From: Sphagnum compactum
Taxonomy: Eukaryota
DNA: 64,000 nucleotides
Assembly (NCBI GenBank): GCA_965153455.1
Contig: OZ234493.1
Span: 7,244,213 to 7,308,212 of the forward strand
Reading direction: 5' to 3'
Part shown: positions 27,401 to 41,234 of the stretch, one piece after another
How the letters are laid out: every line of letters starts with the position of its first letter
Numbering within the stretch: the stretch's first letter is position 1
The notes under the pieces: generated by a model
What the model saw: the letters and a program-made list of their open reading frames with translations, nothing else
Database searches by the model: none
Told to the model about the DNA's origin: nothing
Program-made: the position numbers and the translations under genes

Positions 27401-30400
27401 TATTGTTGAAAATTAGCTAATGTGTAAATGCATTCAAATGACTTTGAACAAATGAAAAACTAATTATTGTGCAATTGCCCCTATCATTGACATATGGTAA
27501 GTTCACCTTAAAAGGCCACTATGTGGATGAATCCATCTTTATTGTGTTTGCTTTCTTGAGCTATTTAAAACTTTTTTTTTTTCCCTTTATGTTTGAATTC
27601 ATTACTAAAGTTCACACTCAAGCTTTTTCCTTGCTCCTTGGCGATATTTATTTCTACAATCTTTTCTCCATGCTCATGCAAGTGATCATGAATATTGATT
27701 GTGTAGAATTTATTGGGTTGTTGTAAAACAAAGGTGACAATTTGTGACCTTCTTGGATTTCAATCACTACCCATGAATGGTGGCATTGAGGAGCATAGTT
27801 AAACTTCTTGGAATTAATACACAATGTAGTCATTTGATAAGAGGAATGATATTTGGTCGTTGTTATGGAAGCATTGCATCCTAGGTTGTTTTATTTGTGG
27901 TGACCTATGGAAATGATCCACCTTAAGAATACCTAGTAGATATTGTAGTACATGCAATACCACATTGCATTGGAACATGGTTTCATTGCCTTTGCAGATG
28001 GAATGCAGTTGCAACATGTGGAAATAATGGCAACACTACCAATAAAAACTAAGTTTTGTCAATGTAAAACACATTTTAAGGTAGTTGTATGTTAGCATGG
28101 TTGACTTTTAACAAATTTGAAGTTCCTAGCAACATTTCACTATCATGTATTTTTATAGTGCTAAAATGTAAATTCTTTGGATATCTAATCTTGGGGCAAA
28201 TAAGTTTTTTTAATATAAATAATTAATGGCCACCCTTTATTTCATCCCATGATACAAATTTATGTGGAAAAATTTACACACATTTCAAAAATACCATGTT
28301 GAAACTTAGGAGTTTGTCATTTTTCATTAATTTTGGTGTTGTAAAAACATTTAATGTTTTTTTGAACCATATTGAAATGGTTTGGAAATTCATATATTGT
28401 GTTAATACTAATATTTATCAATGTTGGGGAGATGATATTGCTATCTAATCGTACAAACTATGATTATGATGAGTGCAATTACAAGCTTTTAATGTATTGT
28501 GACACTAAAGGTTGTGCAGATTAAAAAATCCCCCTTTTGGTATGAAACATAGTTTCAAGTAATTTTGTGATTGTACCTAACTAAATAACATAATTTAATC
28601 ACATGTACATGAGTCCATTTTTATAAAATTCAAAAGCCATTTGACTTGGGAAAAAAATCATATAATCTACAAGGGTGCAAAGAAAATCATATTGTGATGT
28701 CCATTTATGGACATTTTAGTTGTGAATGTTATTTACCATTTATGCATTATGAATTACACTTGTATTGTTTTAAAACTAACATTGCATTTCTTTTAACTTC
28801 TTTTAAATTAAATTTTTATTAAGATTTGACATGCAAATCAATTGTATATCAAATTTGTTTGATTGACTTTGCACTCTCATTCAGTTATTTTAAGAATATC
28901 TTTCAACTTCATTATCATTGTCCCTTTACTTTTTTAAGTAGATATCCTAACATGTGTTAATTATTTTACTTGTTATAATGTTATTATGTAGATTTTTTTC
29001 CGCTTCATTTTGACTAATTGTCAATTGTTGCCCAAACCATTTGAGATAACACTTTATTATATATCAACTAATTGTGAAGCACCACATGTCATTAAAGAAT
29101 TTTGGAGTTTGCATTAATCATCCAAGAAATGTACACAAGGTAAGCCATGGTGGATTTCGGATGTCACATTTTGTGACATGTGTATGGCCATAATGAACAG
29201 TTGCACCACTTTATAGTTTCAAAGAAAATATTGAATTGTGCCATATGTATGTGTGTAATTGAATATAATGGTTGTTGTTTCAAATTTGATCAATGTGAAC
29301 AGGCCAAATTTATCAAATTAGTGGTTGTGGTTGTTTGAAATAGTTTGAACATAATTGAAATTCTAGTCTTATCAATATGAATAACATGACACATAGATGG
29401 ATCTAGAATTTAGATCAAGTGGCTTGCCAATGTGGAATCCACACTTTGTAGTCTTGCTTTGTTAGTTTTTTATAACTAAAAATGTCTTCTAACTAAAATG
29501 GTAATGTGGGTGCCACATGAATGTTGTTTACAATTATGTGTTAATTTTGGCTTGACACAAGGTCAAATTTATGGTCCACAATTTTTAAATTTTAATTTAT
29601 GATTGCAAGTGGCATTTGCTATTGAAATTATAGTTGAAATTGTTTTCACAAAATACCCCTTTTCCTTTTAAAGGGAAAAAATGATGTTTAAAATTGAGGT
29701 AAGAGAAATTTTGGTTGAATGATTTAACATTTACTTCTTTTTCATGTGCTTGTTTTCTTGAGAAGATAAAAGTAATTTACGGGATTACTTGTTCTACTCA
29801 TGGAAACTCAAACATATTCATATAATCATCATGAAATGAAAACACAGATCCATTCATACGTTAAAAAATTGATTCAAAAGTAGATTTAATTCTCAATCAT
29901 TTACTTTAATCATAAAACATGATTTGTTCATATAACACTAACTTTTGCTTGTAAGCAAACATGAACTATTTTTAAAAAAGTTGCATTGGAATTAGAAGCT
30001 TGGTAAATCAAAATTGACCATTGAAATCAAGTATGTATGATGAATCTCAAATGAACTTGTTAAGAACCTTTTTATACAAGCCATTTTTTTAAACAAACGA
30101 CTCTTAAAATTATTAGGTGTTCCTTTTATGTTGGTCAATATGGTTATGCCATCTTGTACCTTGATAATGTTTTTTTTTATAGGTTTCCTTGTCACTAGCT
30201 ACATGTGTTACATGGGAATAAAGAAACCAAAGCTTAATTTTAGACCATCTTAATGACTCATAAGTTGAAAACCTTGAACTATTAAATAACCTTGTGTGTT
30301 AAGTATGAAGCACTTTTGTGAATTAGTTTGTATCTTATAAAATGGAACCAATGAACGAATCATTAGTGTTTAATCTTTGGTGTTCATTGTTCAACCTCTA

Positions 30401-30750
30401 ATTCATGTAACATTTGAATTTATCAAACATGGACGGATTATATTGTTGTAATATTTGTGAATAAGAATTGTACCACAAAACATGAGACACCTTCTCGTTC
30501 ATGATGGTCATGTTGCACAATGTTCATTCTAGTTTCCAACAAAGCCTAAAATCATTGTTTTCGGCAATTTCAAGACAATCATAACATGATTAGGGTTTTC
30601 ATACATGATTAGACACATCATTTGTGGGTCATTGATGATAGGTATTGGAAGCAACACTTGAATTAGAAACAAACGGCAAGTGAATCATTTGCTAAACCAA
30701 ACAACATTACTCATAGATGGCATGCATATGCATGTATTGGAAAGTCATCA
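21500..30750. other. AT-rich gene-free tract, probably heavily decayed transposon sequence
   Basis: No credible ORF or spliced gene; CpG-poor. Only faint motif remnants such as IQGLTISK on the minus strand at about 24200-24225. Confidence 0.45.
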
Positions 30751-31060
30751 CATGACATGGATGCGACATCTTCAATGTAAGGTGTAACCCAATGAGCTAG
30801 GAAAGGGGTTCGGGTTTGTGCAGCCATTGCAAAGCTAGGCTGACAAGGCACATTGGACATATTGATCTTTGTAGTCAACATTCTACTTTTTGGTTTAAAA
30901 AATAGGGTAGGATTAGGTCTAGGTTCAACCCAAATTTGTACTTACAAAATGGGAAAAATACACGCACAAGAAGTACTTTGTACCACAAACACCTCAAGAA
31001 CTTCATACCCTTGAACCATTCTTCTGCTGACATTTTACAAAAGCCAATGACAGAGAAAAC

Positions 31061-31371
31061 CAGTGTTGGGTTGATCTTAGATTTTGTTATAACTTTTGTT
31101 ATAACCTCCGCTTCCAGTTTTTTGAAAATTTCCAGAATCAAAGAACCTCTGGTTGTGGGTGGTTTTTTGAAAATTTTCAAAAAACTGGCAGGATTTGTGA
31201 AAGAACCAGCAAAGACCCAATGATTCAGGGTAGATTTTTTGACCAGTTCTTTGGTCTTTGAAGAAACCGTGGCACTGTGTCAAAATCAGTTCTTTGAGGT
31301 TATAAGAACCACTGGTCAAGGGTCTATGAATGGTGGCTGGTTCTTTCCAAGAAAAAGAGTGCCCAACACTG
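31061..31371. mobile_element. MITE with CAGTGTTGGG terminal inverted repeats (hAT-like)
   Basis: cagtgttggg at 31061-31070 and cccaacactg at 31362-31371. The 8-bp flanks gagaaaac and gaaaaacc are a possible imperfect TSD. The interior is rich in agaacc/ggttct motifs. Confidence 0.7.
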
Positions 31372-32942
31372 GAAAAACCCCCTTGCTATCTTTACACTAG
31401 AGGGGTCCCGAGTCCCAACTACCTGATGCCTATAACCTCAAATCATGGAACATCAATCGGTTTCTTGGTCATAGTAGTTGTGTGGTAGAGCGTGTAGAAG
31501 ATCAGTTGCCAGTAGGCTTTCCAGGGTAAAAAGATGCACCACTCACTGAGAAACACCACTGTTAGACATGCACCACTTTAATCTCAACAGTGATGCCTGC
31601 CATGGAGCTGCTGCCAACTGTAAAACAGCAAACAGATGTCCCAAATGTCCCAAATGTCATACTAATTTTCATTACAATTTCATGTGCTGTCAGGAGTGAT
31701 ATCCATCAACATTGGCAAAACCACACTTTTCTACTGGTATTCTGTACAGGCTCCCTTTTTTAGTCTCTGTTGCAAGCATTTCTCAACTTCAAGACCAGAT
31801 GTTTTCTAACAACCGACAACTTGGATCCCGAAGATTCTCAATTCTAACCAAGTTCTCTTGACAATTTGCACACAACCTTATGCCTCAATTATGAAGAAAT
31901 GGTTATTTCTGAAGGTTGGGAAAGAAGGCTCAAAAACCTTGAGCTTCCAGTTGAGGTCCAACAGCTGTGGGCTAAGCTGATCCTCTGTGCCTCCATCACA
32001 ATGTCATAGACCTCCCATGTTGGCCCTTCCTGCAATAAGAAATTGCAATTCTCTCACTGACAAAAATCACAAACACCAAGACACAGATGGAAAGAGGAAA
32101 GAGATGGGTGCCACTTGCATAGTGATGAGATGAAAATGAATCAGAGATTCTTCTTTTGCAGTCATGGAACACAAGCTCTATTCGATACAGTCCAGTAGCT
32201 GGGGGAAGGTTGGATACCAACCTGAACAAATGGGGATGACCAGGGGATGCTAGAAACATTATGTGGGAGAGAATCAGCTGCTCTGCACAATCCAGCCAAA
32301 CATGGACACACCCAAAAGCCCTGATAAACCCAAGTCAAAGCTACGTACAAGGTTCAGGTTTGGTAAGAGGGATTTCACTGTGGCATTCCAGGCTGAGCAG
32401 CAAGCTCTTTGGTTGAACAGAAGCCCTTCCATCAGAACACCTTTTGAAGTTGAAAGCATATCAACTCAAACATAGCATCTTACCAAAGAGAAAGTCCTGA
32501 GTTTTGCAATTCAATGCAAGGGTCCAGTCCAGGACAACCAACCATAGAGAGCCGTCATATTATTCTGTTGATTAGAATGTAGGATTCGTGAGCCAACAGA
32601 AGGAGAGGAGTTTTTATAGCCAAATGAACAGGGATGAATTTACAGCACACTAAAGAATGCTATATGTACAGCTGGTTGGAAGATCCCCGTTATCAAACAG
32701 AACAGTAAAGTGACCATCCTATCTTGATCTAACATGAACAACGCAGTGAGACAATTAGAGACTTGCACAAATGACAAGACAAGCTCCAAGAGTTATTTCA
32801 TTTTCATCATGGGTATATCTTCTTGTCTGCTGATTGCACAAGTCCATGCAAAGTTGACTTGGAACCAGAAGTCTTCTTCAGCCATGGCTTCCCTTCCAGT
32901 AGATAAGTTTGAAGAAAATAAGACCAAAAATTTAAGCATAAC

Positions 32943-35576
32943 TCAGCCTGTTGTTGGGCTTGCGCTTTCTTCCTCATCAGAGTCAGAGTCGTGAACTTCT
33001 AAAACTCCTTTAACCTGCCTCCAAGAATATCAAAACAGCAAATATTCAGGAAAAAAAACATGCATGCCATGTATACAAGACATATTTGTTCATATCAATG
33101 CAAGGATGATCAAACATGATGCCAACCAGATGAGCTCACCTCAGGTACATAGTGCATCAACATATTCTCAATACCCGACTTTAGGGTGACTGCAGAGCTT
33201 GGACATCCACTGCAGGCCCCTTGCATCTTCAATGACACGATGCCTGATTCTCTGCACCATTGATCACAAGCCCTTCTGCAAGCTTAAAACCACATGCAGA
33301 GGTTGATGACCTCTGCACTGAAATTGCACTTCAGGACAAAGCTTGAAGCAGCAAAAACTCAAACAGATCTCACAGAGTCTCTCAGCTGTGAAATCTAAGT
33401 TCATCCCTCTGTTCAAAAATTGACTGCAGTAGTAAATAAATGCTCACAGATCATAGCCCCTGTATTCAATGTCACCACCATCGTCTTGGACAGCTGGTCG
33501 GATCCTTGTCTCCAGCAATTCCTTGATCATTGCTACTGTCTCATCATCCTCCTGGTCACCATCATCCCCTCAATTTGTGAATCACTAAGTGATGACAGTT
33601 GCTTTGCAAACCCAATCTTCAGAATTTGTCATTGCCACAAATGAAGGCAAGGAAAGAAGAAGACATATTGAAGCAAGAAAAGGGAGAGTGATTTGTCAGT
33701 ATGGAGAGGTGTGAAGATTTGCTGGATTTGCCAAACCCAATGAGTGGTATGTAGCTCCAACTCACAAATGGGTTTGTAAACCCATGAAAACAGCATAATG
33801 AATCACCAGCATTAAGTAACCAAAGTACGGGAAAAAGTGTGCCCCCACACCAACAAGTTACTACTGGTTTAGATACATACTTCATGTATGGCAGTGTCTG
33901 AAGCTTGTGCCTGTGCATCATAAAAGAGAGGTTGCTTTGTGGAATAGAAATCCATGATGGTAGCAAATATGTGAGGCTTCAAAACTGCCCATGACACTTC
34001 CTCTGCCTTTGTTACCGTCACAAAATCAGCCCCGAAAAAAACCCTTGTCACACCTGAAGAAGCACAATGCCTCAAAACACGGTGAATACTTCAAACTATT
34101 GTTGCCATCATTCACATATCCATGGCAAAGTAACTCTTCATACTTTGTTTCTCTTAAGGAGACTTGCTTCTTTCAGGGGGCCAGACACCTTGCTGCCTCT
34201 CAGTTCCCACACTGGCAAAGTTTGCCAGTGTCCTAACCTCCAAGCAAACTTATGATTGGTGCTTTTTGATGCATTGGTCTAGACTGGACTCCAATCTTCC
34301 TTAGAGATGCTTGCAATTGATTTGCTACAAGCAGAAGTACAATACTGGAGAAGAAAAAGAAGAAAAAAAAGTGCACCTCACCAAGATGAGAAGAGGAAAG
34401 ATTACACATACCATCAACTGAGAAAAGGGCCTTTGCCAGTGGAGACTGCATAGCAGAGCGAGCACTTGGGAAGTCAGAGCTGCCAATCTCCATGACTGAC
34501 CGTCCTGGCTGGAACATGAGAGAGTCAGGGTTGGGTGTCGACTGTGTCTGTATGAACATACTCCGACGCTGCCCTGCTTCCCATTTCATTCATTCAGAAT
34601 TCTGCTTTTCACAACGTCTTCACATTCAGAAATTCAAGGCTCAGGAAAAAAAATTAGGTCTAGAAAAATATGCTGTCCCATTTGCAAGCCCTGCTTCATA
34701 AAATCCAGATTTTGTTACAATATCTTAACTATCAAGAAATTCAAGGATGAGGACAAAGTCTATGTCTAGAACAGTCTCAACATGACACCATTCGCAAGGC
34801 CCAATTCATTACAATCCAGATTCTTTCACAACATCTTCGAAAATTCAGATTCTCTTCACAACATGTTAGAAAATTCAGACACTCTCTCACAGCTTCTTAG
34901 AAAAATCAAATTCTCTTCACAACATCTTAGAAAATCCAGAGTTTCTTACAATATGTTAGATATGGACAAATTCAAGGCCAAGGACAAAAGTTTAGGTCTA
35001 GAACAGTATGCTGCTCCGCATGACACCATTTGCAAGGCCCATTTGATAACATCCAGATTCTCACAGTTCGGAACTTCAGACACTGAGAATTTGGACAACA
35101 TTCTTAAAAATTGACAAACAAGTTGTCAGAAGGGATTAGGGCAAAGTTTAGGTCTTGAACAGCATGCTGCTCAACAAACATGACTGACACCATTTGCAAG
35201 GCCTGCTTCAACAAAATCCCATTTACAAATGTTCTCTTAATTCAGAAATTCTACTTCAGACACCGAGCTTCTGGGACACATAAAGAAAAGAGTTGAAGTG
35301 GACTGACTTACCACTTGAAGAAAGTAGCGATGAATTGAACCAAGAATTACCCTGCATCCTCCATCTGCCATCGCTGTTGCTTCTTCCATATTGGAAACAT
35401 TCATATCCAGTTCTTCCAGAAGAAGAAGAAGAAGAAGCAGCAGCTACAAACCATCTCCGCGAAAATTTCCCAGCACCACCTAACCCTAAAAGAAGAAGGA
35501 GAGAGAAGTGGTTGAATTCCCTTTGCTTGCCCAGAAGCCGCACCACCTTAGCTGCTGCTACTGATGCTCCTGCCAT
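32943..35576 (-). CDS. NFU4: NifU-like Fe-S cluster carrier, mitochondrial NFU1/NFU4 type, 6 exons, 295 aa
   Basis: Exons 35576-35312, 34573-34412, 34053-33881, 33551-33448, 33251-33140, 33014-32943 (888 nt, phases consistent). Basic/Ser-rich transit peptide, then [21 protein letters not shown] (Nfu N domain) and [22 protein letters not shown]...[30 protein letters not shown] (NifU domain with CxxC). Confidence 0.95.
34605..35225. repeat. Nested imperfect repeats filling intron 1 of NFU4
   Basis: aattcaagg..ggacaaa..tttaggtctagaaca..tgctg..gacaccatttgcaaggcc..aatccagatt occurs about four times (near 34630, 34740, 34970, 35135). About 31-bp units (acaacatctt.gaaaattcagattctctt) are stacked at about 34815-34960. 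Confidence 0.7.
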
Positions 35577-35726
35577 TTGAAGAAACTCCAAAGAGAAAAC
35601 AAACCAAAACAACCAAAACCCAAGATTTCAATTCATACAACTCTCACAAATTGCAAACATGTTTGCTACATTTGGATTTAGATTTGGACACCATCCCAAC
35701 ACTCCTTTAAGTTCATGCTTCCTCCA

Positions 35727-36672
35727 AAATCTATCATTAACCTAATTGCAACATGAATTGGGTTGCCCTCATCTTTCCCCCAATCTATCATAGACCTAAT
35801 TGCAACATTATTGGGTTGCACTCACCTTTCCCCAAATCCTAGCATTAGCCTAATTGCAACATTGGGTTGCCCTCATCTACATTAGCCTAATTGCAACCCC
35901 ATCAATCCTTAACCTAATTGCAACATTGGGTTGTCTTTTTAACTTTCCCCAATCTCTCATTCATTCACCTAATTGTGATATTGAGTTGTAATCTTCAACT
36001 TTTTGAAAATCTATCATTCGACATGACTATAATGTTGGGTTGTTTTAAGTTTATATAAATCTATCATTAACATAATTGCAACCATTGGGTTGTTTTTAGC
36101 TTTCTCAAATTTATCATTAACATAATTGGAACCATTTGGTTGTTTTCACCTTTCTCAAATCTATCATTAACATAATTGCAACCATTGGGTTGTTTTTAGC
36201 TTTGTCACATTTATCATTAACATAATTGGAACCATTGGGTTGTTTCCATTGGGTTGTTTTCAGCTTTCTCAAATCTATCATTAACATAATTGTTACCTTG
36301 GTCGTTTTGTGACTTTTCCAAATCTATCATTAATCTCATTGTAACATTAAATTGTCCTCAACTTTTCCCAAATCTATCAATAACCTAATTCAACATTGGG
36401 TTGTCATCAACTTTCCCTATTCTCTCATTAACCCTTGAACATTAGGGTAGACCAATGTAGTATGCTTTTCAATTTCTTTTTTTAAAAATGGATTTCATTG
36501 ACATTTAGGGTTAACTTAATTCAAACATTGGGTTGCCCTCAAATTTTCTCAAATATAAATTAACTTAATTATAAAATTGGTTGACTTCAATTTCCTAAAA
36601 TCTAACATTAATATGATTGCAACATTGGGTTGTTTTACCCAAACTTATAATTAACCTAGTTGCAACATTGAT
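35727..36672. repeat. Minisatellite, about 50-bp unit, about 18 copies, directly upstream of NFU4
   Basis: Consensus aaatctatcattaacctaattgcaac(c)attgggttg followed by a T/C-rich tail; starts about 150 bp upstream of the NFU4 ATG. Confidence 0.9.
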
Positions 36673-37261
36673 TTGTTGTCATTTGATTTACATTGGGCTG
36701 CAACTTGAGGTGTACTCTAATTTTTATTTCTTTTTCTCAATACATTTGTATACATTCATTTTTGTTTTTTCAAATTTTCAATTCAAAGCCTTAGACAGTG
36801 GTATTGTTTGTGAACAAATGAATTCTAAGAGGAAGTTGGCATATTGAAAATTTGCTCCACTTTCATATAATATGAAATGTAACAAACTTAAAATGCAATT
36901 GATGGAAGGTGTCCAAGTAGAAAAATAATTTTATGATCAAGGTGACATAAATGTCATAGCTTGATTTAACCTATTGCAACTAATATTCCTCAACTAAAAT
37001 GTTCATGAACATATAAGATAACTTGTTTATTTATATGAGAAAGCTTGTGAATTGTGACAAGAAACAATTGAATGCAAAATATACAAATTGTGAGACTATG
37101 TATCCACATATCTAAAAGGAATTTGTTTTAGGAAACAAAAGCTTTGGAGTTTTGTTCATGTGACCATCATTGTATTGATTTTTATCTCAAAAAAGTCGCT
37201 CTTTGCATATTTAATGAACCATGTGAAACAAAAGAGGCAGTTTTCGGTATGTTATTAAACA

Positions 37262-37675
37262 ATATATCTATGAAAGAAGGTTGTTTGTTTGTTTGTTTGT
37301 TTGTCGCATTGAGATCTTTCAAACCATGATGCCTTTTCCATGATCTTGATATTGTTAGAAAGCCCTTGATGAATAGCGGTGCACCGAGTTGGTTTCATAC
37401 TATTTTGACATATGTGAAAAAATTATTGAATATTGAACAATGTTTTCACTAAAACATCATTTAAGTCAAAACTAAAATTAAAAAAAAAATTGAACATGTT
37501 TTTGGTATTATTGGAAAGCCTTTAATGGGTAGGATTTAATGAAGGCAACTTGGAAATTTTAGACTTAAAGTGCTAGAAATATTGAATTTTGAGTAGTTTT
37601 TATTATTGGAACTTCAATTAAATTACAAAAAAAGGTTTTGGAAGGAAAATTTAATTGGGTAACAAATTCACACTA
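37262..37675 (+). mobile_element. Older copy of the Helitron-like family found at 47830-48427
   Basis: Shares ordered blocks with that copy: atctat...gtttgtttg, gaaagc.ct.gatga...ggtgca...ttggtt.cat, ttgaatattgaa...ttcact, ggttttggaaggaaaa. It is AT-shifted relative to the other copy. Confidence 0.55.
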
Positions 37676-39589
37676 TTATTCTTATGCTTACAAATATTTT
37701 TAAAATATTTAAAATACTTTTCATAATCACATCTAAGCACTTTATGTAAATTATAAACTTTTCAATCAGTTGCACCTATTTTTTGCACATTATTTGAAGA
37801 AAAAATGGATGTTATTTCCCCTAAATTTTTATTATACATTTCACAATAATATCATTGAACACAACCTCACAATAGTTTGATGTCAATGTTTTCCATGTCT
37901 ATAATAAAACATCATTTAATTGTTTTCAATTATGACTATATTAAGCAGAAAACCATGGCATAAACTTTGCAAAATAGAAGTGTACGACATTACCATAGAA
38001 TCACATTTTTGGAAATGTGGCTAATCCTAACATGTACCTTGAAAAAATGAGTTGTTCAAATTGAAATCAATATTCAAAGAAATGAAAATATTGATATTTG
38101 TGTAATCAATTAATTGAAGACATTTGAGGGAAAAGTGGGGTGAAAAATGAGTGCAATCATAACAAGAACCTTAAAAAGTGTGAATGTATTAACATAATGT
38201 CTTAGAATAGGGTTTTTTAATGCTAGATTGATATATTATAAAGGGCATATCACAAATACAATACACATTTTCAACATGAATTTGATGTATTAAACTTGCA
38301 AACATGTCAAGTAAACATTGGTTATGCAAAAGTGCTTCCATATATCACAATTGGTCCATAATTCTTTTTTTTAAAAATTAATTCTTAGGTCCCATGGTAT
38401 GTAAATTACAATTTTAATTATGTAATTTTGAACAATCACATAATTGTTTATGAATATTATGTGAAATTTAAAGTGTTATTCCAATTATTGAAAATTTTAA
38501 ACATCATATCTTAATATAATATTATCAAAATTTGTGAAGTGTATTGGCATATTGTCCTAGGTCTAAATTTTTTTTGGTTTACATCTAGTCGTGTAAATTT
38601 ATTGTCGATGCTTTGTTGATAACATGTTTTTTCCTTTTTGTTTTTTTAGTCCCAATGTGGAGTTTTTATTAAAAAAAGTTAGGGATACCTACCACATTAT
38701 TGTTTTGGTTTTTATTGCATGTGTAAAAGGTCATGTTGTTGTATTTTTCATGATTTCAAGCAACCACTTTGTTTGTTTGAAAATTAGATCCAACCATATC
38801 AAAATGTGTTTGATGTGAACTTTGAGCATGATATTTGTTAGAACATTGGGGATAATTTTGTACAAATCATTTCAATGTCCATGTATTATGATAATTAACC
38901 ATCAATTTATCATATGGAAATATATGGGAAGAAAAATACAACCATCACTAGCTTTGTGTGTTTTGTAATCATTAAAGCCAAATGAATGTGAAATGGGGAA
39001 AATAAAAAATAAAAATGAGGATAATATAATAATATGAAGGAAATGATGAAAGGATAAAAGTTACTCCCGTTGGGGACACTTAATGTAAAGTTTGGGATTT
39101 ATGTGTGTTAAACGACCATTTTTAAGGGGGGTATTAGATAATTGCCCAACCTATTTTTTATCGCCCTATTATTATCTAAGTTTATAATATATACATATTA
39201 AAGGCACCTTATATTAATTATATTCCATTATTTCATATTATTAAATACCTTATATTATAATTAATTTGATTATTTGAATACAATGTGCCATATTTAAAAC
39301 TAATTAACTTATAATTTTTACCCAATAACCAATATATTGCACCCTATATTTTTACTCACATATTTTCTACTTTTTTTTATTAGTGCCCCCCCCCCTCCCC
39401 CTTGCGGGAAGGTACTAGATAGCTAGACATTTTTCTCCTAATATGTCCCCAAAGTCTTGGGCGTGCTCCCTAGCTCCATTCATTGGACAAAAGGGGTGTA
39501 TGGGATTCCATGATGAAATTAAGATGAATTCAATATGATGAATTCAAGATGAAATAAATAGGCCAAATTAAGAAAAATAATGATTATTG

Positions 39590-40272
39590 AAAATTGGAGC
39601 CAAAATGGTGCATGGACAAAGCACAAATAACTCGCATTCAGAAAACACACCATGATTTAGATTTGAAAGGAGTCACCATTTTCCTCCCCTATAATATATT
39701 CTATGATTGATGGTAAGGGCTACATCAAAATGGTTAAAATTTTCAAAATTCTCAATTTGAAGTTTTGAAATTCCCAAAATCATAAAATTACAAGGACCTT
39801 ACAATTTTGTGGGTTCATAATTCTAATATATAAACTTTTATATCGGAGCTTTCAAAAGAAAAAATGAAACCCTTGAAGAGACATTTTCAATGTTGTACCA
39901 CAAATTCCATTCAAATGTCATTTGACCTTTTGACCTTTTTGTCAATTGTTTTAATAGTCAAGAGCCATTTTTTTACCATAAATTGTGTTTCAGATCTCTA
40001 CATGGGGAATTTAACCCTATTTTAAACATCTATTTTTAAAGATTTTTCAAATGGTTTAAAGGGGGAACATCTCAAAATTTTGGGACACCTTGAAATTCCA
40101 ATTCACAATTCACAAATTGATTATTATTTGGGAATGTCTGGGATTCACTATCTTATGTTGTCTTGCATTTTCACACATATGTGAGAATGTGTTTGAATTT
40201 CAAGACATTGTTTTACTTTGCTTTCCGTCTCATGCCTTGGTATTGGTCATGATTCCAATGTTGAGGTCATAC
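39590..40272 (-). mobile_element. Decayed LTR-like repeat, same family as 44150-45059
   Basis: Shares ccatg.ttta.a.ttgaaaggag and the terminal block ggtca....ccaa.g.t.aggtca with the copy ending at 45059. Confidence 0.4.
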
Positions 40273-41147
40273 TTATTTTCCTATTTGGCCAATTCCATTT
40301 GGAAGCATTTAATTTCTTTCATTTTAAGAAGGATTTTTTTGTTCTCCATCCTAGGAATGGGCTATGCATTCAAATTAAGGTCACAACATTTTCCCCCATT
40401 TAAAAAATAAATAATAATCACTCATTGATGTTATGGGACTTTGTTTGAAGTCCCATGGATAATTCATTTGTAGTTAAAAGTTAAGTCATCAACTTTGTTT
40501 TCTACTCAACTTCACATTCTTTCATGTTTTTGTTAAAATTTCAAAACAAGGGTTGTGACATTTCCTTGTTTTTCAATGAGTTTGGTTTTGTTCATAATGT
40601 ATGCATATACGATTTGGTTTGCTTTGATCAATGAACCAAAGGATTTTTTTAACCCAAGTGTCCTTGAAGCATTGAGAAGTTGAAATTGACTTTCAAAAGT
40701 GAAATATTGTTTTTCTTTCTTCAACTTTTGGTCCAAAGGTGACAAAGTTAAATTGATGAGATATTTTTAAATAACTTTTGATGTAAAATTAAGTAATTGG
40801 TAGTTTTCAATGAGGCCACATTTCATGCAAGCTTACAAAAAAAAGTTTTTAAAACCCAATTTGCATCATTGACAAATACTACATAGTTCAAAATTTGGAA
40901 TGATTTGCATTTCCAATATGGCATTTGTTGATTTAGTTACCAATGATTTGTGTACTTAATATGTTATTAACATTTGGCCAAATTAATAATTTAAATGGTT
41001 TAAAAAATATATAAGAACAAAATGATTAAATATTAAGACCAGAGGCTTGTGCGGGATTCCTATGGTAGTAATGATGTTACATAAACAATTTGTGAGATCT
41101 TGGATTCTTAGATTTTTCTGTTGATTGTTTGTTGCAAACTTGTGCAT

Positions 41148-41234
41148 ATGATGATTTTGCTTTTCGGTCCTCTGGGTGTTGGCAAGTCTACACTTTTGCT
41201 TGCTTTGGCTAACAAGCTAGACTCTGATTTGGAG
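41148..41234 (+). pseudogene. Isolated exon of an ABCG/PDR transporter (Walker A region)
   Basis: Reads MMILLFGPLGVGKSTLLLALANKLDSDLE and is followed by a gtgaaa donor. It resembles the PDR NBD1 exon (MTLLLGPPGSGKxTLLLALAGKLD). The expected acceptor reads tgtgcat rather than tgcag, and no other PDR exons are seen nearby. Confidence 0.7.

Noticed and set aside
35727-36672. CRISPR-like repeat-spacer appearance
   Set aside because: The variable tails are short, related to each other and low-complexity, the repeats are degenerate, the context is plant nuclear DNA and there are no cas genes. It is a minisatellite.
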